The notes beneath the pieces are model-generated. The model saw nothing but the letters and a program-made list of their open reading frames with translations, was not told the origin of the DNA and made no database searches. This document shows positions 49,454 through 58,750 of a stretch of 64,000 nucleotides of DNA, one piece after another; position 1 is the first letter of the stretch; each line of letters begins with the position of its first letter. A program made the position numbers and the translations under genes. This stretch comes from Thermoplasmatales archaeon SG8-52-3 (GTDB lineage: Archaea; Thermoplasmatota; E2; DHVEG-1): NCBI GenBank assembly GCA_001595915.1, contig LSSG01000032.1:23142-87141 (forward strand), written 5' to 3'.

Positions 49454-49930
49454 ATGAATAATGAAGGTTATCCAAATCCATCAGGCTGGAGAATATCTTT
49501 ATCAATTGCAGTGGGTATAGGCTGGTTAATTTTTGTAATAATATGGCTGGCATTTTATGCAGGAGATTATACTCTTTATAGAAATATTGCAATCATCATT
49601 ATTTCAATTCTTGTAATATTCTTGATACTTGGGATTTCATGGGCATCATGGGGATTAAAATATATGCCAAAAGAAGGTAAAGAAATGATGAAAACTGAAG
49701 GATTTAGAAGTAGAATAATTGTATCGATTGTAATTCCTTTTTTGTTGATAATATTTATGATATATTGGTTTTATTTTCCTGCAGAAGATTTTGATGGCTA
49801 TCAAAATATTGCAATATTTTTAGTATCTCTATTAATCGTTGGAGGATTACTTGCTGGTATATGGGCTCCATGGGGGATGAAACACAGTAAAGATTTTGAA
49901 AAATTTGATTGTAAAGAAAAAAAAGATTAG
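49454..49930 (+). CDS. Four-TM membrane protein with internal tandem duplication
   Basis: Two units of RI..SI...W...A.D...Y.NIAI...S.L...W..WG.K. Confidence 0.7.
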   Translation: MNNEGYPNPSGWRISLSIAVGIGWLIFVIIWLAFYAGDYTLYRNIAIIIISILVIFLILGISWASWGLKYMPKEGKEMMKTEGFRSRIIVSIVIPFLLIIFMIYWFYFPAEDFDGYQNIAIFLVSLLIVGGLLAGIWAPWGMKHSKDFEKFDCKEKKD

Positions 49931-49944
49931 TATAAAATCATATT

Positions 49945-50676
49945 TTATTTAAATAATTCAACTTTCAAACTTTCAAGATTAATTCCTTGATACTGTCTAT
50001 TTGAAATCTCTTTATCTTCATCTATAATTTTATAGTTAAAACCTGCATTTAAAATAATATTAATATAATCTTCTTTAAGTAAAGCACCTCCAACACATCC
50101 AGCAATGAGTTCATCATCATTTTTTTGTTCTTCAGATAAATGACTTAATAAAACAATATCTGAAACATACATTCTTCCATCTTTTTTCAAAACTCTATAT
50201 GCTTCTTTGAAAACTTTCAGCTTATTGGGTGCAAGATTAATTACACAATTACTAATAATTACATCAAAATATTCATTTTTAAAAGGTAGATTATCAATAT
50301 CTCCTTTTCTGAATTCAACATTTTGATAGTTATATTTATCTGCAAGTTCTTTTGATTTTTTTATCATTTCATCAGTGAAGTCAATACCAACTACTTTACC
50401 GGTATTACCAACTTTTTTTGATGCTATAAATGCATCAAATCCCGCCCCTGAACCTAAATCCAATACTATATCTCCTTCTTTAATATTTGAAATTGCTACT
50501 GGATTACCACAACCAAGACCGAGATTTGCATCAGATGCTATTGAAATCTCCTCATTTGAATAGCCAATAGACCGTGCAATATCAACTTCATTTTGCTGTC
50601 CACAACAGCTACAACTTTTTTGTGCAACTTTACTATAGCAATTTTTTACAATTTTCTTAATATCTTTTTCTTTCAT
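49945..50676 (-). CDS. arsM: Arsenite S-adenosylmethyltransferase
   Basis: SCC, GLGCGNP, LDLGSGAGFD, SNCVINL and GCVGGAL. ATG 50676 overlaps the folP stop (ATGA). Confidence 0.9.
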   Translation of the reverse strand: MKEKDIKKIVKNCYSKVAQKSCSCCGQQNEVDIARSIGYSNEEISIASDANLGLGCGNPVAISNIKEGDIVLDLGSGAGFDAFIASKKVGNTGKVVGIDFTDEMIKKSKELADKYNYQNVEFRKGDIDNLPFKNEYFDVIISNCVINLAPNKLKVFKEAYRVLKKDGRMYVSDIVLLSHLSEEQKNDDELIAGCVGGALLKEDYINIILNAGFNYKIIDEDKEISNRQYQGINLESLKVELFK

Positions 50677-51524
50677 GTTATCTGTCTCACAATACAATCA
50701 ATCATTTCTATACAACGTCTTGTTTCTTTTACATCATGGACCCTTATTATATCTGCACCATTCAATACTGCAACACAAGCAGCAGCTAAACTACCCTCTA
50801 ACCGATCTGTAATGGGTAATTGTTTCTTATATCCACAAACATTTCCTATAAAAGTCTTTCGAGAAGGACCTACTAGAATTGGATAACCAAGACTTTTAAA
50901 TTCCCCTAATCTAGCTAATATCTCGCAATTGTCCTCGATACCCTTACCAGTTCTTTTTCCAAAACCAAGCCCTGGATCAATGATTATATTTTCTTTTCTT
51001 ATTTCATTAAACATAGCATATTCAGCACGTTCTTTTAAGAAATAATATATCTCCATTACTATGTCATCATAATTTAGATTTTTCTGCATATTTCTTGGAT
51101 TTCCTTTCATATGCATCAAACATATAGGAACATCGTATTTAGCCACAATATTTACAAGTTTATTATCTCCTCTTAGAGCAGTTATATCATTTATCATACT
51201 TACACCAAGATCCAAAGCTTTCATTGCAACATCAGACTTGTAAGTGTCAATTGATATTGGGATTTTTATATTATCAACAAGTTCTTCAATTACTGGAATT
51301 ATTCTTTTTATTTCTTCATCTTTTGATATACTATCTGCACCAGGTCTTGTGGATTCTCCACCTATATCAATAATATCTGCTCCTTCTTTTTCCATTTTAA
51401 CTGCATGAGCAATGGCATCCTCTTTTTTTAAAAATTTTTTTCCATCAGAAAATGAATCTGGAGTAACATTCAAGATTCCCATTATAATAGTTTTTTTTCT
51501 GAATTCAATTTTTTGTCTTGGCAT
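50673..51524 (-). CDS. folP: Dihydropteroate synthase
   Basis: MGILNVTPDSFSDG, DIGGESTRPG, SRK and RVHDV motifs. Confidence 0.95.
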   Translation of the reverse strand: MPRQKIEFRKKTIIMGILNVTPDSFSDGKKFLKKEDAIAHAVKMEKEGADIIDIGGESTRPGADSISKDEEIKRIIPVIEELVDNIKIPISIDTYKSDVAMKALDLGVSMINDITALRGDNKLVNIVAKYDVPICLMHMKGNPRNMQKNLNYDDIVMEIYYFLKERAEYAMFNEIRKENIIIDPGLGFGKRTGKGIEDNCEILARLGEFKSLGYPILVGPSRKTFIGNVCGYKKQLPITDRLEGSLAAACVAVLNGADIIRVHDVKETRRCIEMIDCIVRQIT

Positions 51525-51526
51525 TC

Positions 51527-51892
51527 CTAATTTACTTCCCTCAGTAAAATATCTAGTTTGTTTGCGATATTTTTTAACCTTGAATAATGTCTTTTTAGTT
51601 TAATTACAAGTTCTTTTAGTTGTTTAAGATTTCCTATTATTAAAATATCGCCAGTTTTTTCGTGCAACTCAAAGGTATTTTTTGGAACAGCAACTTCACC
51701 ACCTATAGATAACATATCCTGTTTAATAATAATGGCATCCTGAAGAACTACATTTTCAAGTTTGATAACCTTTAAAATAGCCTTTGGAGCCATTATTTCA
51801 ATACTTTCAGGATCACTACCAATTTTACTAATTTCTTCTCTAGCATTTTGAAGTGTTTTTACTTCTATTATCCTTAGATTTTGTTCTGTCAC
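51527..51892 (-). CDS. Stand-alone homolog of the FolP N-terminal extension (Prd, pteroate-reductase-associated domain)
   Basis: KIG...M..K...IIKQDMLSIGGEVAVP resembles, from memory, the N-terminal extension of Helicobacter-type FolP; ends 2 nt before folP. Confidence 0.75.
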   Translation of the reverse strand: MTEQNLRIIEVKTLQNAREEISKIGSDPESIEIMAPKAILKVIKLENVVLQDAIIIKQDMLSIGGEVAVPKNTFELHEKTGDILIIGNLKQLKELVIKLKRHYSRLKNIANKLDILLREVN

Positions 51893-51920
51893 GAAAATTA
51901 AGTAATAAAATCGTTCTATA

Positions 51921-52130
51921 TTATTTTTGACCTCTTTTGACTTTTAAAGGTAAATAAAGAATATAAAAAATACAGAAAAACTCAATATTTGCTGCAATAA
52001 TTATAAGAATAGGATCTTTTGGCCAAGCACTAATAGGAGAAAGATGGTATAAGGATAATATTATTGTGATTATCAATGCGATGAGTATATAGATTATTAT
52101 TAATTGTTTTTCACTTCGATTTTCAAACAT
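51921..52130 (-). CDS. Small two-TM membrane protein
   Basis: Two hydrophobic segments and a basic tail. Confidence 0.45.
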   Translation of the reverse strand: MFENRSEKQLIIIYILIALIITIILSLYHLSPISAWPKDPILIIIAANIEFFCIFYILYLPLKVKRGQK

Positions 52131-52292
52131 TAATTTTTATATATAAGCGCTATTCTTTTTAGATTTTTGGTAATTTTTATCTATTTATTATTTTTTTTAT
52201 TATTTTTTATTAATTTTAATTAAAATATCTATATTTTTAAAAAAAGTTTATATCCTTGAACATATATTACAATAGTACGAAGGGGGAGCAAT

Positions 52293-53384
52293 ATGGAAAA
52301 AAATAAAAAATATACTATAAAAGGCGCAGGCGTTTTGCTGATTGCAGCAGCCCTCATATTAACATCCGTGGCTGTAACAGCAGATACAGTAAAAGAAAAA
52401 ATGAACCCAGCATTTTTAAGATCAACTGGTCCAAGTATTTCAATTGAAAACAGCCCAGCAACAACAGGTGCTGTAATTTTTGAACAATTACCGTACGAAC
52501 CAGAGGAATCCTGGATTTTTATGACTAGTGCTGCTAGTGCAGGATACCGTGTATGGGATGAATACTGGGAACTAAACGAACAGATTTGTGATATTCACTG
52601 GTGGGGTCTTAGCCTAGTTTATCCATGGGCAGCATGTGATCCTAGTGGAATGGTCTTTGAAATCATATTCTGGGATGCATTACTTGGAAATCCAGTATGT
52701 ACATACCAGGTAACACCAACAGGAGTATCAACTGGAAAATTCTACAGTGGATTTGAAATGTTCTATTGGGAAGCTATACTTGATCCATGTTGTGATTTAA
52801 TTCCAAATGGTTGGGTATCAATTCAAAGTGTACAAAGTCCAAATAATTGTTGGTTATTATGGGCAGGATCAGACGAAGGTGATCTATACTGTTATCAGGA
52901 AGGATCAACCACTCCAGATCAAGTTGACGATGCAGCATTCCAATTAACAGCAGAAGGAGAACCAGCATATCCAAAAATAATTTGTGACCCAGTAGGAATG
53001 AACTTCGGAAAAGCAGGTCCTGGAGCAACTGTTACTGGACAAATATATGTTTGTAACGGTGGAGATCCTGGATCATACTTAGACTGGTATGTTGACACAG
53101 CAGCTGTTCCAACATGGGGAACCTGGACATTTACACCTGCCGGTGGCACTGGTGTAGCAGAGGGTGACTGTGTTGTTGTTGATGTAACTTGTGTTGTAAC
53201 TGATACAACTGGTACATACAATGGTGAAATAACTGTTTACAATGCAAAAGATTCAACTGACTACTGTAAAATTGATACTTCAGTTGAAGTACCAAGAGCC
53301 AGATCACATAACGCATTGATGTGGAACTTATTCCAGCAATTCCCAGCGCTATACCAAATTGTAAAAATAATATTTGGGGCTTAA
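52293..53384 (+). CDS. Secreted Cys-rich surface protein with C-terminal Ig-like domain
   Basis: Signal peptide, strong SD, 12 Cys and an amphipathic C-terminal tail. Confidence 0.75.
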   Translation: MEKNKKYTIKGAGVLLIAAALILTSVAVTADTVKEKMNPAFLRSTGPSISIENSPATTGAVIFEQLPYEPEESWIFMTSAASAGYRVWDEYWELNEQICDIHWWGLSLVYPWAACDPSGMVFEIIFWDALLGNPVCTYQVTPTGVSTGKFYSGFEMFYWEAILDPCCDLIPNGWVSIQSVQSPNNCWLLWAGSDEGDLYCYQEGSTTPDQVDDAAFQLTAEGEPAYPKIICDPVGMNFGKAGPGATVTGQIYVCNGGDPGSYLDWYVDTAAVPTWGTWTFTPAGGTGVAEGDCVVVDVTCVVTDTTGTYNGEITVYNAKDSTDYCKIDTSVEVPRARSHNALMWNLFQQFPALYQIVKIIFGA

Positions 53385-53422
53385 TTTTTTAGCCCTTCTC
53401 TTTTTCTTTTTTATTAATTAGT

Positions 53423-53623
53423 TTATCGTCTTTTTAATTTTATATTTACTGAATGAAAAAGAAGCAATGCGATAAACAATGCAATAAAAGATAATGAAAA
53501 ATGAATTAGAGTTGAACGATAATTAATAAACATAATAACTTGCAATACTGCTATAAAAAGTAAAAGACTCATGAAAAATATTATTATTGATTTTAAACTC
53601 CAATTTCTAAACATGTATATCAA
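53423..53623 (-). CDS. Small two-TM membrane protein
   Basis: Hydrophobic 66-aa ORF directly downstream of folC. Confidence 0.45.
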   Translation of the reverse strand: MIYMFRNWSLKSIIIFFMSLLLFIAVLQVIMFINYRSTLIHFSLSFIALFIALLLFHSVNIKLKRR

Positions 53624-53630
53624 ACAATTT

Positions 53631-54899
53631 TCATAAGAGGTAATCTCTTGCCTCTCCTACTGTATAAAGAGACCCTGTTATACATATAAGGTCGTTATTT
53701 TCTGAAATTTTTTTTGCATGTTCTATTGCATCATTTATTCTTTCTTTTACAATAACTTTCTTAATACCAATCATATCTTTCAACAATAAAGGATTAAATG
53801 CTCTTTTATTCTGTGATTTGGTTACAATAATTATATCAGAGATAGGTGTTATTATATCTAAAATTTCTTGAATTTTCTTATCTGATAGAATGCCAATAAT
53901 AATTATTAACCTATTATAAATAAAATCTTCTTCTAATGTTCTTCTCAAAAGATTCATACCTGCAATATTGTGAGCTCCGTCAAGAAGTATTATTGGTTTA
54001 AGACCAATAATTTCCATTCTTCCAGGATTTTTTGTCCTTAAAAATGCTTCAATTATACTATCATCAGTTATGTAAACACCATTCATTTGAAGTGATTCAA
54101 TAGAAGCAATTGAAAGAGCAACATTTTCCCCTAGATATTTTCCTATCATTGAGGTTTTTATGTTATATTCTTTTAAAGATCCATTTACTTTATAATCTTG
54201 ATAATCAAATCCACCTCCAATTTTTTTCCAGGAATTGTTATTAATTATGGTTATTATTGAATTATTTTCTAAGGCTATCTTTTTTATTACTTCAAGTGCT
54301 TTTCCAGTAGCAGCAGTAATTATTGGAATCCCTTTTTTTATAATACCTGCTTTTTGAAAAGAAATATCCTCGATTTTATCACCAAGTATATTTTGGTGTT
54401 CAAATGTTACATTTGTAATTATTGTAAGTATTGGATTAACAATATTTGTAGCATCATATCGACCTCCTAAACCTACCTCAATTATTGCATAATCTACATT
54501 TTTTATCTTAAAATATTCAAAAGCCAAAGCTGTAACAATCTCAAAATATGTAGGAGTATTATTTTCATTTATCATCTCATTAATTATGGGTTTTATTTTT
54601 ACTAAAATTTTTACAATTTCCTTTTTTGAAATCTCTAAATTATTTACAATAAAACGCTCTGAAAACCTTTGAAGATGGGGTGAAGTGTAGGTTCCAACTT
54701 TATATCCATTATTGAAAAGAGTGGATTCTAAAAACCTACAAACAGAACCCTTTCCATTTGTTCCACCAACATGAATAATTTTGTAGTTATTTTGTGGATT
54801 ACCAAGTTTTTTACATATATGTGAAATTCTATCTAATCCTAGCTTAATTCCAAATTTTTCAAAAGAATCAATCCAATCAATACATTCTTTATAATTCAT
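53631..54899 (-). CDS. folC: Folylpolyglutamate synthase / dihydrofolate synthase
   Basis: HVGGTNGKGS, TSPHL, EVGLGGRYDATN, LDGAHN and TGSLY motifs. Confidence 0.95.
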   Translation of the reverse strand: MNYKECIDWIDSFEKFGIKLGLDRISHICKKLGNPQNNYKIIHVGGTNGKGSVCRFLESTLFNNGYKVGTYTSPHLQRFSERFIVNNLEISKKEIVKILVKIKPIINEMINENNTPTYFEIVTALAFEYFKIKNVDYAIIEVGLGGRYDATNIVNPILTIITNVTFEHQNILGDKIEDISFQKAGIIKKGIPIITAATGKALEVIKKIALENNSIITIINNNSWKKIGGGFDYQDYKVNGSLKEYNIKTSMIGKYLGENVALSIASIESLQMNGVYITDDSIIEAFLRTKNPGRMEIIGLKPIILLDGAHNIAGMNLLRRTLEEDFIYNRLIIIIGILSDKKIQEILDIITPISDIIIVTKSQNKRAFNPLLLKDMIGIKKVIVKERINDAIEHAKKISENNDLICITGSLYTVGEARDYLL

Positions 54900-54905
54900 A
54901 AATCG

Positions 54906-55571
54906 CTAATATCCTTCAGAATAGAGCACATTTGGTAAAATTTTGTATTTATCCTTCCAACTATCTCCTTTTTTTATAATAACTCTTCTTCCATTGATTT
55001 TAAGACGTTTTTGAGCAAATAAATCAACTGTTCTAGGTAGAATTTGGTGTTCAACTTCAAGGATTCGATTAGCGAGTTTGTCCCTATCATCACCAGGCAT
55101 AATTTTTACAGCAGCTTGTAAAATTATTGGACCATGATCCATTTTTTCATCCATGAAATGAGTAGTACAACCCGATATCTTAACACCATAATTTATTGCA
55201 TCTAATTGGCCACTAACACCCTTAAATGATGGTAAAATTGCTGGATGAATATTGATTAATTTTCCATACCATTTTTTTACAAAACAGGAGCTTAGTATTT
55301 TCATATAACCTGCTCCAACAACTAGTTCAATTTTATTTTCCTCAAGTATTTTATTGATTTCCTTATCAAATTCCTCTTTTTCTTTTGGGTTAATATAAAA
55401 ACTTTTTATTTTATGTTTTTTTGCTCTTTCAAGTGCATATGCATCCTTGCAATCGCTTATTACAACTATAATCTCTGCTTCGATCATTTTTTTTTCGGAA
55501 GCATCGATAATACTTTGAAGATCAGTTCCTCCTCCAGATGCTAAAACACCAACTCTTAGTTTTTTAACCAT
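54906..55571 (-). CDS. purN: Phosphoribosylglycinamide formyltransferase
   Basis: SGGGTDLQ, NIHPAILP, GCTTH and DHGPII motifs. Confidence 0.95.
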   Translation of the reverse strand: MVKKLRVGVLASGGGTDLQSIIDASEKKMIEAEIIVVISDCKDAYALERAKKHKIKSFYINPKEKEEFDKEINKILEENKIELVVGAGYMKILSSCFVKKWYGKLINIHPAILPSFKGVSGQLDAINYGVKISGCTTHFMDEKMDHGPIILQAAVKIMPGDDRDKLANRILEVEHQILPRTVDLFAQKRLKINGRRVIIKKGDSWKDKYKILPNVLYSEGY

Positions 55572-55597
55572 TTACCCTCGTCCCTTAATAATGGATT

Positions 55598-56704
55598 TTA
55601 TTTATACACTTTTTCTATCTCTGATATTGTAGCATTTGTCTTAAATCCTGTAGAATTAAAATGGGTTCTATAAACAATATATCCTTTTTGTTTTAACCTT
55701 TCAAAAACCACCTCCATTTTAGGAGGGGATTTTTTTAATAGAGATGCCATTTTATCTGTTGTATAGAAGAAATTAGGTGCATCTGCTTCTTCTTCTAATA
55801 AATCTAATAATTTCCATAATTCCTTTTTAGTGTTTAACTTCCTTTCAAAAAGCATTGTTATTAGTTTAGTTATAATTTTTTTATTTTCAAGCTTACCAGT
55901 CCAAAGAGGGCCAATATCTATATTTTCATTTTTTGGAGAAAAAAGATTTTTAGATTTAATAATTTTAAAATTTTTCATCGAATCATTTGCTCTACCTGTT
56001 CCATTCAAGATTTGAACATATATTCTAAAATAATGATCTGTACAATAGCATACCAAGGGTTTGATACTTTTATCATATTTACCTGCTTCTCTACAGATTA
56101 ACCCAAGAAGTATACGCAGTCCGATTTCTTTCATTACAATAGAGTGATATGAAATTGCGCCATATCTACGTAAGCAGACCTTAGGATACGTGCCACAAAG
56201 AGCAGCAGTATCAGTTGCTGTGCAAGCAATAATTCCCTCGTTACAAATACTTCGAATTGCTGAATCAATAAAATAAACAGGTGACCCAAAAGGATCTATA
56301 TCTATGTAATCATATTTGTTATCTGAAAGTAAAGAATTTAGATTTCTATTAAAAGCAACAATATTTTTTAGATTTAAATTTTTAATATTTTTTTTTGCTA
56401 AATCATACGCTTTAGGATTCCAATCATTAACAATTATATTAAATTCTCCACAAACCTCATTAGCAATTCTCAGACCACGAATTCCAGAGGCAGCTAGACC
56501 GTCTAATATATTTAGTTTTTTTTTACTATTATCTATAAGCCATTGACAAATAAGTATTGATAAATCTCTATTTAGTTCCATAGCAGGATTATAAAAAGGA
56601 AAATCATCCTTTAATCCTGGACCTTTTTTTGATTTTTTACTTTTATAAACTAAAATATTAGTGCCACCTTCAACAACATTTTCAATTAATTGATTTTTAT
56701 TCAT
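55598..56704 (-). CDS. trm1: tRNA (guanine26-N2)-dimethyltransferase
   Basis: FYNPAMELNRD, ASGIRGLR, DIDPFGSP, TATD and GPLW motifs. Confidence 0.95.
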   Translation of the reverse strand: MNKNQLIENVVEGGTNILVYKSKKSKKGPGLKDDFPFYNPAMELNRDLSILICQWLIDNSKKKLNILDGLAASGIRGLRIANEVCGEFNIIVNDWNPKAYDLAKKNIKNLNLKNIVAFNRNLNSLLSDNKYDYIDIDPFGSPVYFIDSAIRSICNEGIIACTATDTAALCGTYPKVCLRRYGAISYHSIVMKEIGLRILLGLICREAGKYDKSIKPLVCYCTDHYFRIYVQILNGTGRANDSMKNFKIIKSKNLFSPKNENIDIGPLWTGKLENKKIITKLITMLFERKLNTKKELWKLLDLLEEEADAPNFFYTTDKMASLLKKSPPKMEVVFERLKQKGYIVYRTHFNSTGFKTNATISEIEKVYK

Positions 56705-56706
56705 AT

Positions 56707-57276
56707 TTAAAATAAGGGTGGTAATTTTTCTTCCATTATCTTTTCTATTTTATAAGGAAGCAAATTACGGTTAACTGGTGTAACTTCTAAAATTCTAATA
56801 TCATCACGACGGCGAACATCCTGTAGAAGCGGAGTTCTTGATTTCTTGTGAAGTGTAACCATTATTGGTTTATCGGAGTCCAAAGCTTCGATAACCATCA
56901 TACAAAACTTTTCAGAAAGCATCTCCATTTTTCCAATTTCGTCAATGACAATGATATTAACATTTTCATCAACAATAGCGTTTTCTATAGCAGGTACACC
57001 GATTCTTTCTAATGCGCCAATATCTACACCATACTTTCCAACTTTTTCTTTCATATCATAATCAAGGTGAGCAAAAACTTCACGTTCTTTAGTTTGCCAA
57101 TTTGTTACATAAAAACCGACACGTTTTTTCTTCTCAATAATTGGTTCAGTTAACATCCCTTGAACTGTATAACCATGTTCTTCAAGAGATTTTATTATTT
57201 TTAAAAGTGTATCGGTTTTACCAACATTAGGCATTCCAGTGATACCAATCTTTGGTATATCGTCCATAAATAGCAA
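56707..57276 (-). CDS. NTPase (THEP1/UPF0334 family)
   Basis: ITGMPNVGKT, VGKYGV and IDEIGKME motifs. Confidence 0.9.
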   Translation of the reverse strand: MLFMDDIPKIGITGMPNVGKTDTLLKIIKSLEEHGYTVQGMLTEPIIEKKKRVGFYVTNWQTKEREVFAHLDYDMKEKVGKYGVDIGALERIGVPAIENAIVDENVNIIVIDEIGKMEMLSEKFCMMVIEALDSDKPIMVTLHKKSRTPLLQDVRRRDDIRILEVTPVNRNLLPYKIEKIMEEKLPPLF

Positions 57277-57365
57277 TAGGTAATGTGTTTTCTACGGTTA
57301 AATATTTCTACTTTTAAAAAAAGCTATAAAAAAAGAAGAAAGTAGAAAAAATATTAAGAAAATTT

Positions 57366-58037
57366 TTGGATTTCTTTATTTTTATATACTTTATTTCAAA
57401 TACTAAATCTGAGTTATTAATGAAAAATAAAAAAGAAAAAATCAGAAAATATCTAATATTATTTTTTGCAAATTATGTTATTAGATATTACCAATATATT
57501 CATCATTTAGTAATTCCTTATTTTAAAAAAGAAAATAATCCTAAGATTTTTTGTATCGGTTATGTAAAAACCGGAACTACTTCTTTGTACAAGGCATTGT
57601 CAATACTTGGTTATAGATCAGTCAAAATGCTGAGAGGTTGTGTAAAACCAAAGGAAGGATGGATTAAATATATTAAAAGTTGTAAATATGATGCTTATAC
57701 TGATTATCCAATGTTTGTAGATAATTTTTTTAAAGAGATCGATAAAGCATATCCAAATAGTAAATTTATTCTAACAATAAGAGACATTAATTCTTGGTTA
57801 AAAAGTTATACAAATTATTATTTTGTGTCTTCAGATTTATCAAAAAATGAAGGAAAACAAAAACTAAATGAGCATAATAAAAAAGTAATCGCATATTTTA
57901 AAGATAAACCATCTAAATTATTAGTAATGAATATTATAGATGGAGATGGATGGGAAAAACTATGTAAATTTTTAAATAAACCCGTTCCAAATAAACCATT
58001 TCCTCATAAAAATATTGGAAAATACAAAAAATTTTGA
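57366..58037 (+). CDS. Sulfotransferase-family P-loop protein
   Basis: IGYVKTGTTSL, KFILTIR..W..S and GWEKLCKFL...PFPH.N. True start is probably 57420. Confidence 0.8.
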   Translation: MDFFIFIYFISNTKSELLMKNKKEKIRKYLILFFANYVIRYYQYIHHLVIPYFKKENNPKIFCIGYVKTGTTSLYKALSILGYRSVKMLRGCVKPKEGWIKYIKSCKYDAYTDYPMFVDNFFKEIDKAYPNSKFILTIRDINSWLKSYTNYYFVSSDLSKNEGKQKLNEHNKKVIAYFKDKPSKLLVMNIIDGDGWEKLCKFLNKPVPNKPFPHKNIGKYKKF

Positions 58038-58039
58038 AA

Positions 58040-58750
58040 TTATTTTATTGTATTTTTAGTAAATATTTTTCTATAAATAGGTCCACCTAATGAATAAATA
58101 ACAATAGCTATTATTAGAAAAATTGGAGCAAAACCATAAAACTCTTTTCCTAAAATTATAGTCAAAATAATAAGAGCTGCAGCTGTAGCATTAACTTTTA
58201 AAGAGGGTTTAGGGAACTTAATATTTGTAATCATTGCTATTGAGATTAAAAAAATTGCTAATAATATTAAGAAAAAATTATTTTCAAAATATGAAAGTAT
58301 TATTAATATGATAGTGCTAGCTGATGCAGGAAGACCAAGAAAGAATTTTTTATTTTTCATTTTATGAAAAGAAGAAAGTCTAACTGCTCCAAGTAATAGA
58401 AATAAAACAAGAGCTATCAATAGATAAATATGATTATAAATGCTAGATAATAAAAAATCATGGTAAACAAAGTAAATAAAAATCGCAGGAGCAATAATTA
58501 GTGATGTCATATCTGAAATTGATTCTAAATATTCTCCAATCTCACTAATTCTTGTTTTTCTTGCAATAACACCATCTAAACCGTCTGCAAGAAGAGCAAG
58601 TAGTATAAGCGAAAAGGATACTCTAATCTTCAATTCCTCATTTGGAATTAAATCTGAAAATAAGATAAGAATAGCAAGAAAACCAAAAATTGCATTTGTA
58701 AGTGAAATTAAATCGGCAAGTGAAATTAGTTTAATCATTGATTTTTGCAA
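58040..58750 (-). CDS. pssA: CDP-alcohol phosphatidyltransferase, archaetidylserine synthase-like
   Basis: DGLDGVIAR...GEYLESISD and FLGLP; adjacent to psd. Confidence 0.85.
   Translation of the reverse strand: MQKSMIKLISLADLISLTNAIFGFLAILILFSDLIPNEELKIRVSFSLILLALLADGLDGVIARKTRISEIGEYLESISDMTSLIIAPAIFIYFVYHDFLLSSIYNHIYLLIALVLFLLLGAVRLSSFHKMKNKKFFLGLPASASTIILIILSYFENNFFLILLAIFLISIAMITNIKFPKPSLKVNATAAALIILTIILGKEFYGFAPIFLIIAIVIYSLGGPIYRKIFTKNTIK

Noticed and set aside
51520..51535. prd-folP as one gene by readthrough
   Set aside because: A 2-nt gap puts them out of frame, and folP has its own purine-rich SD and ATG.
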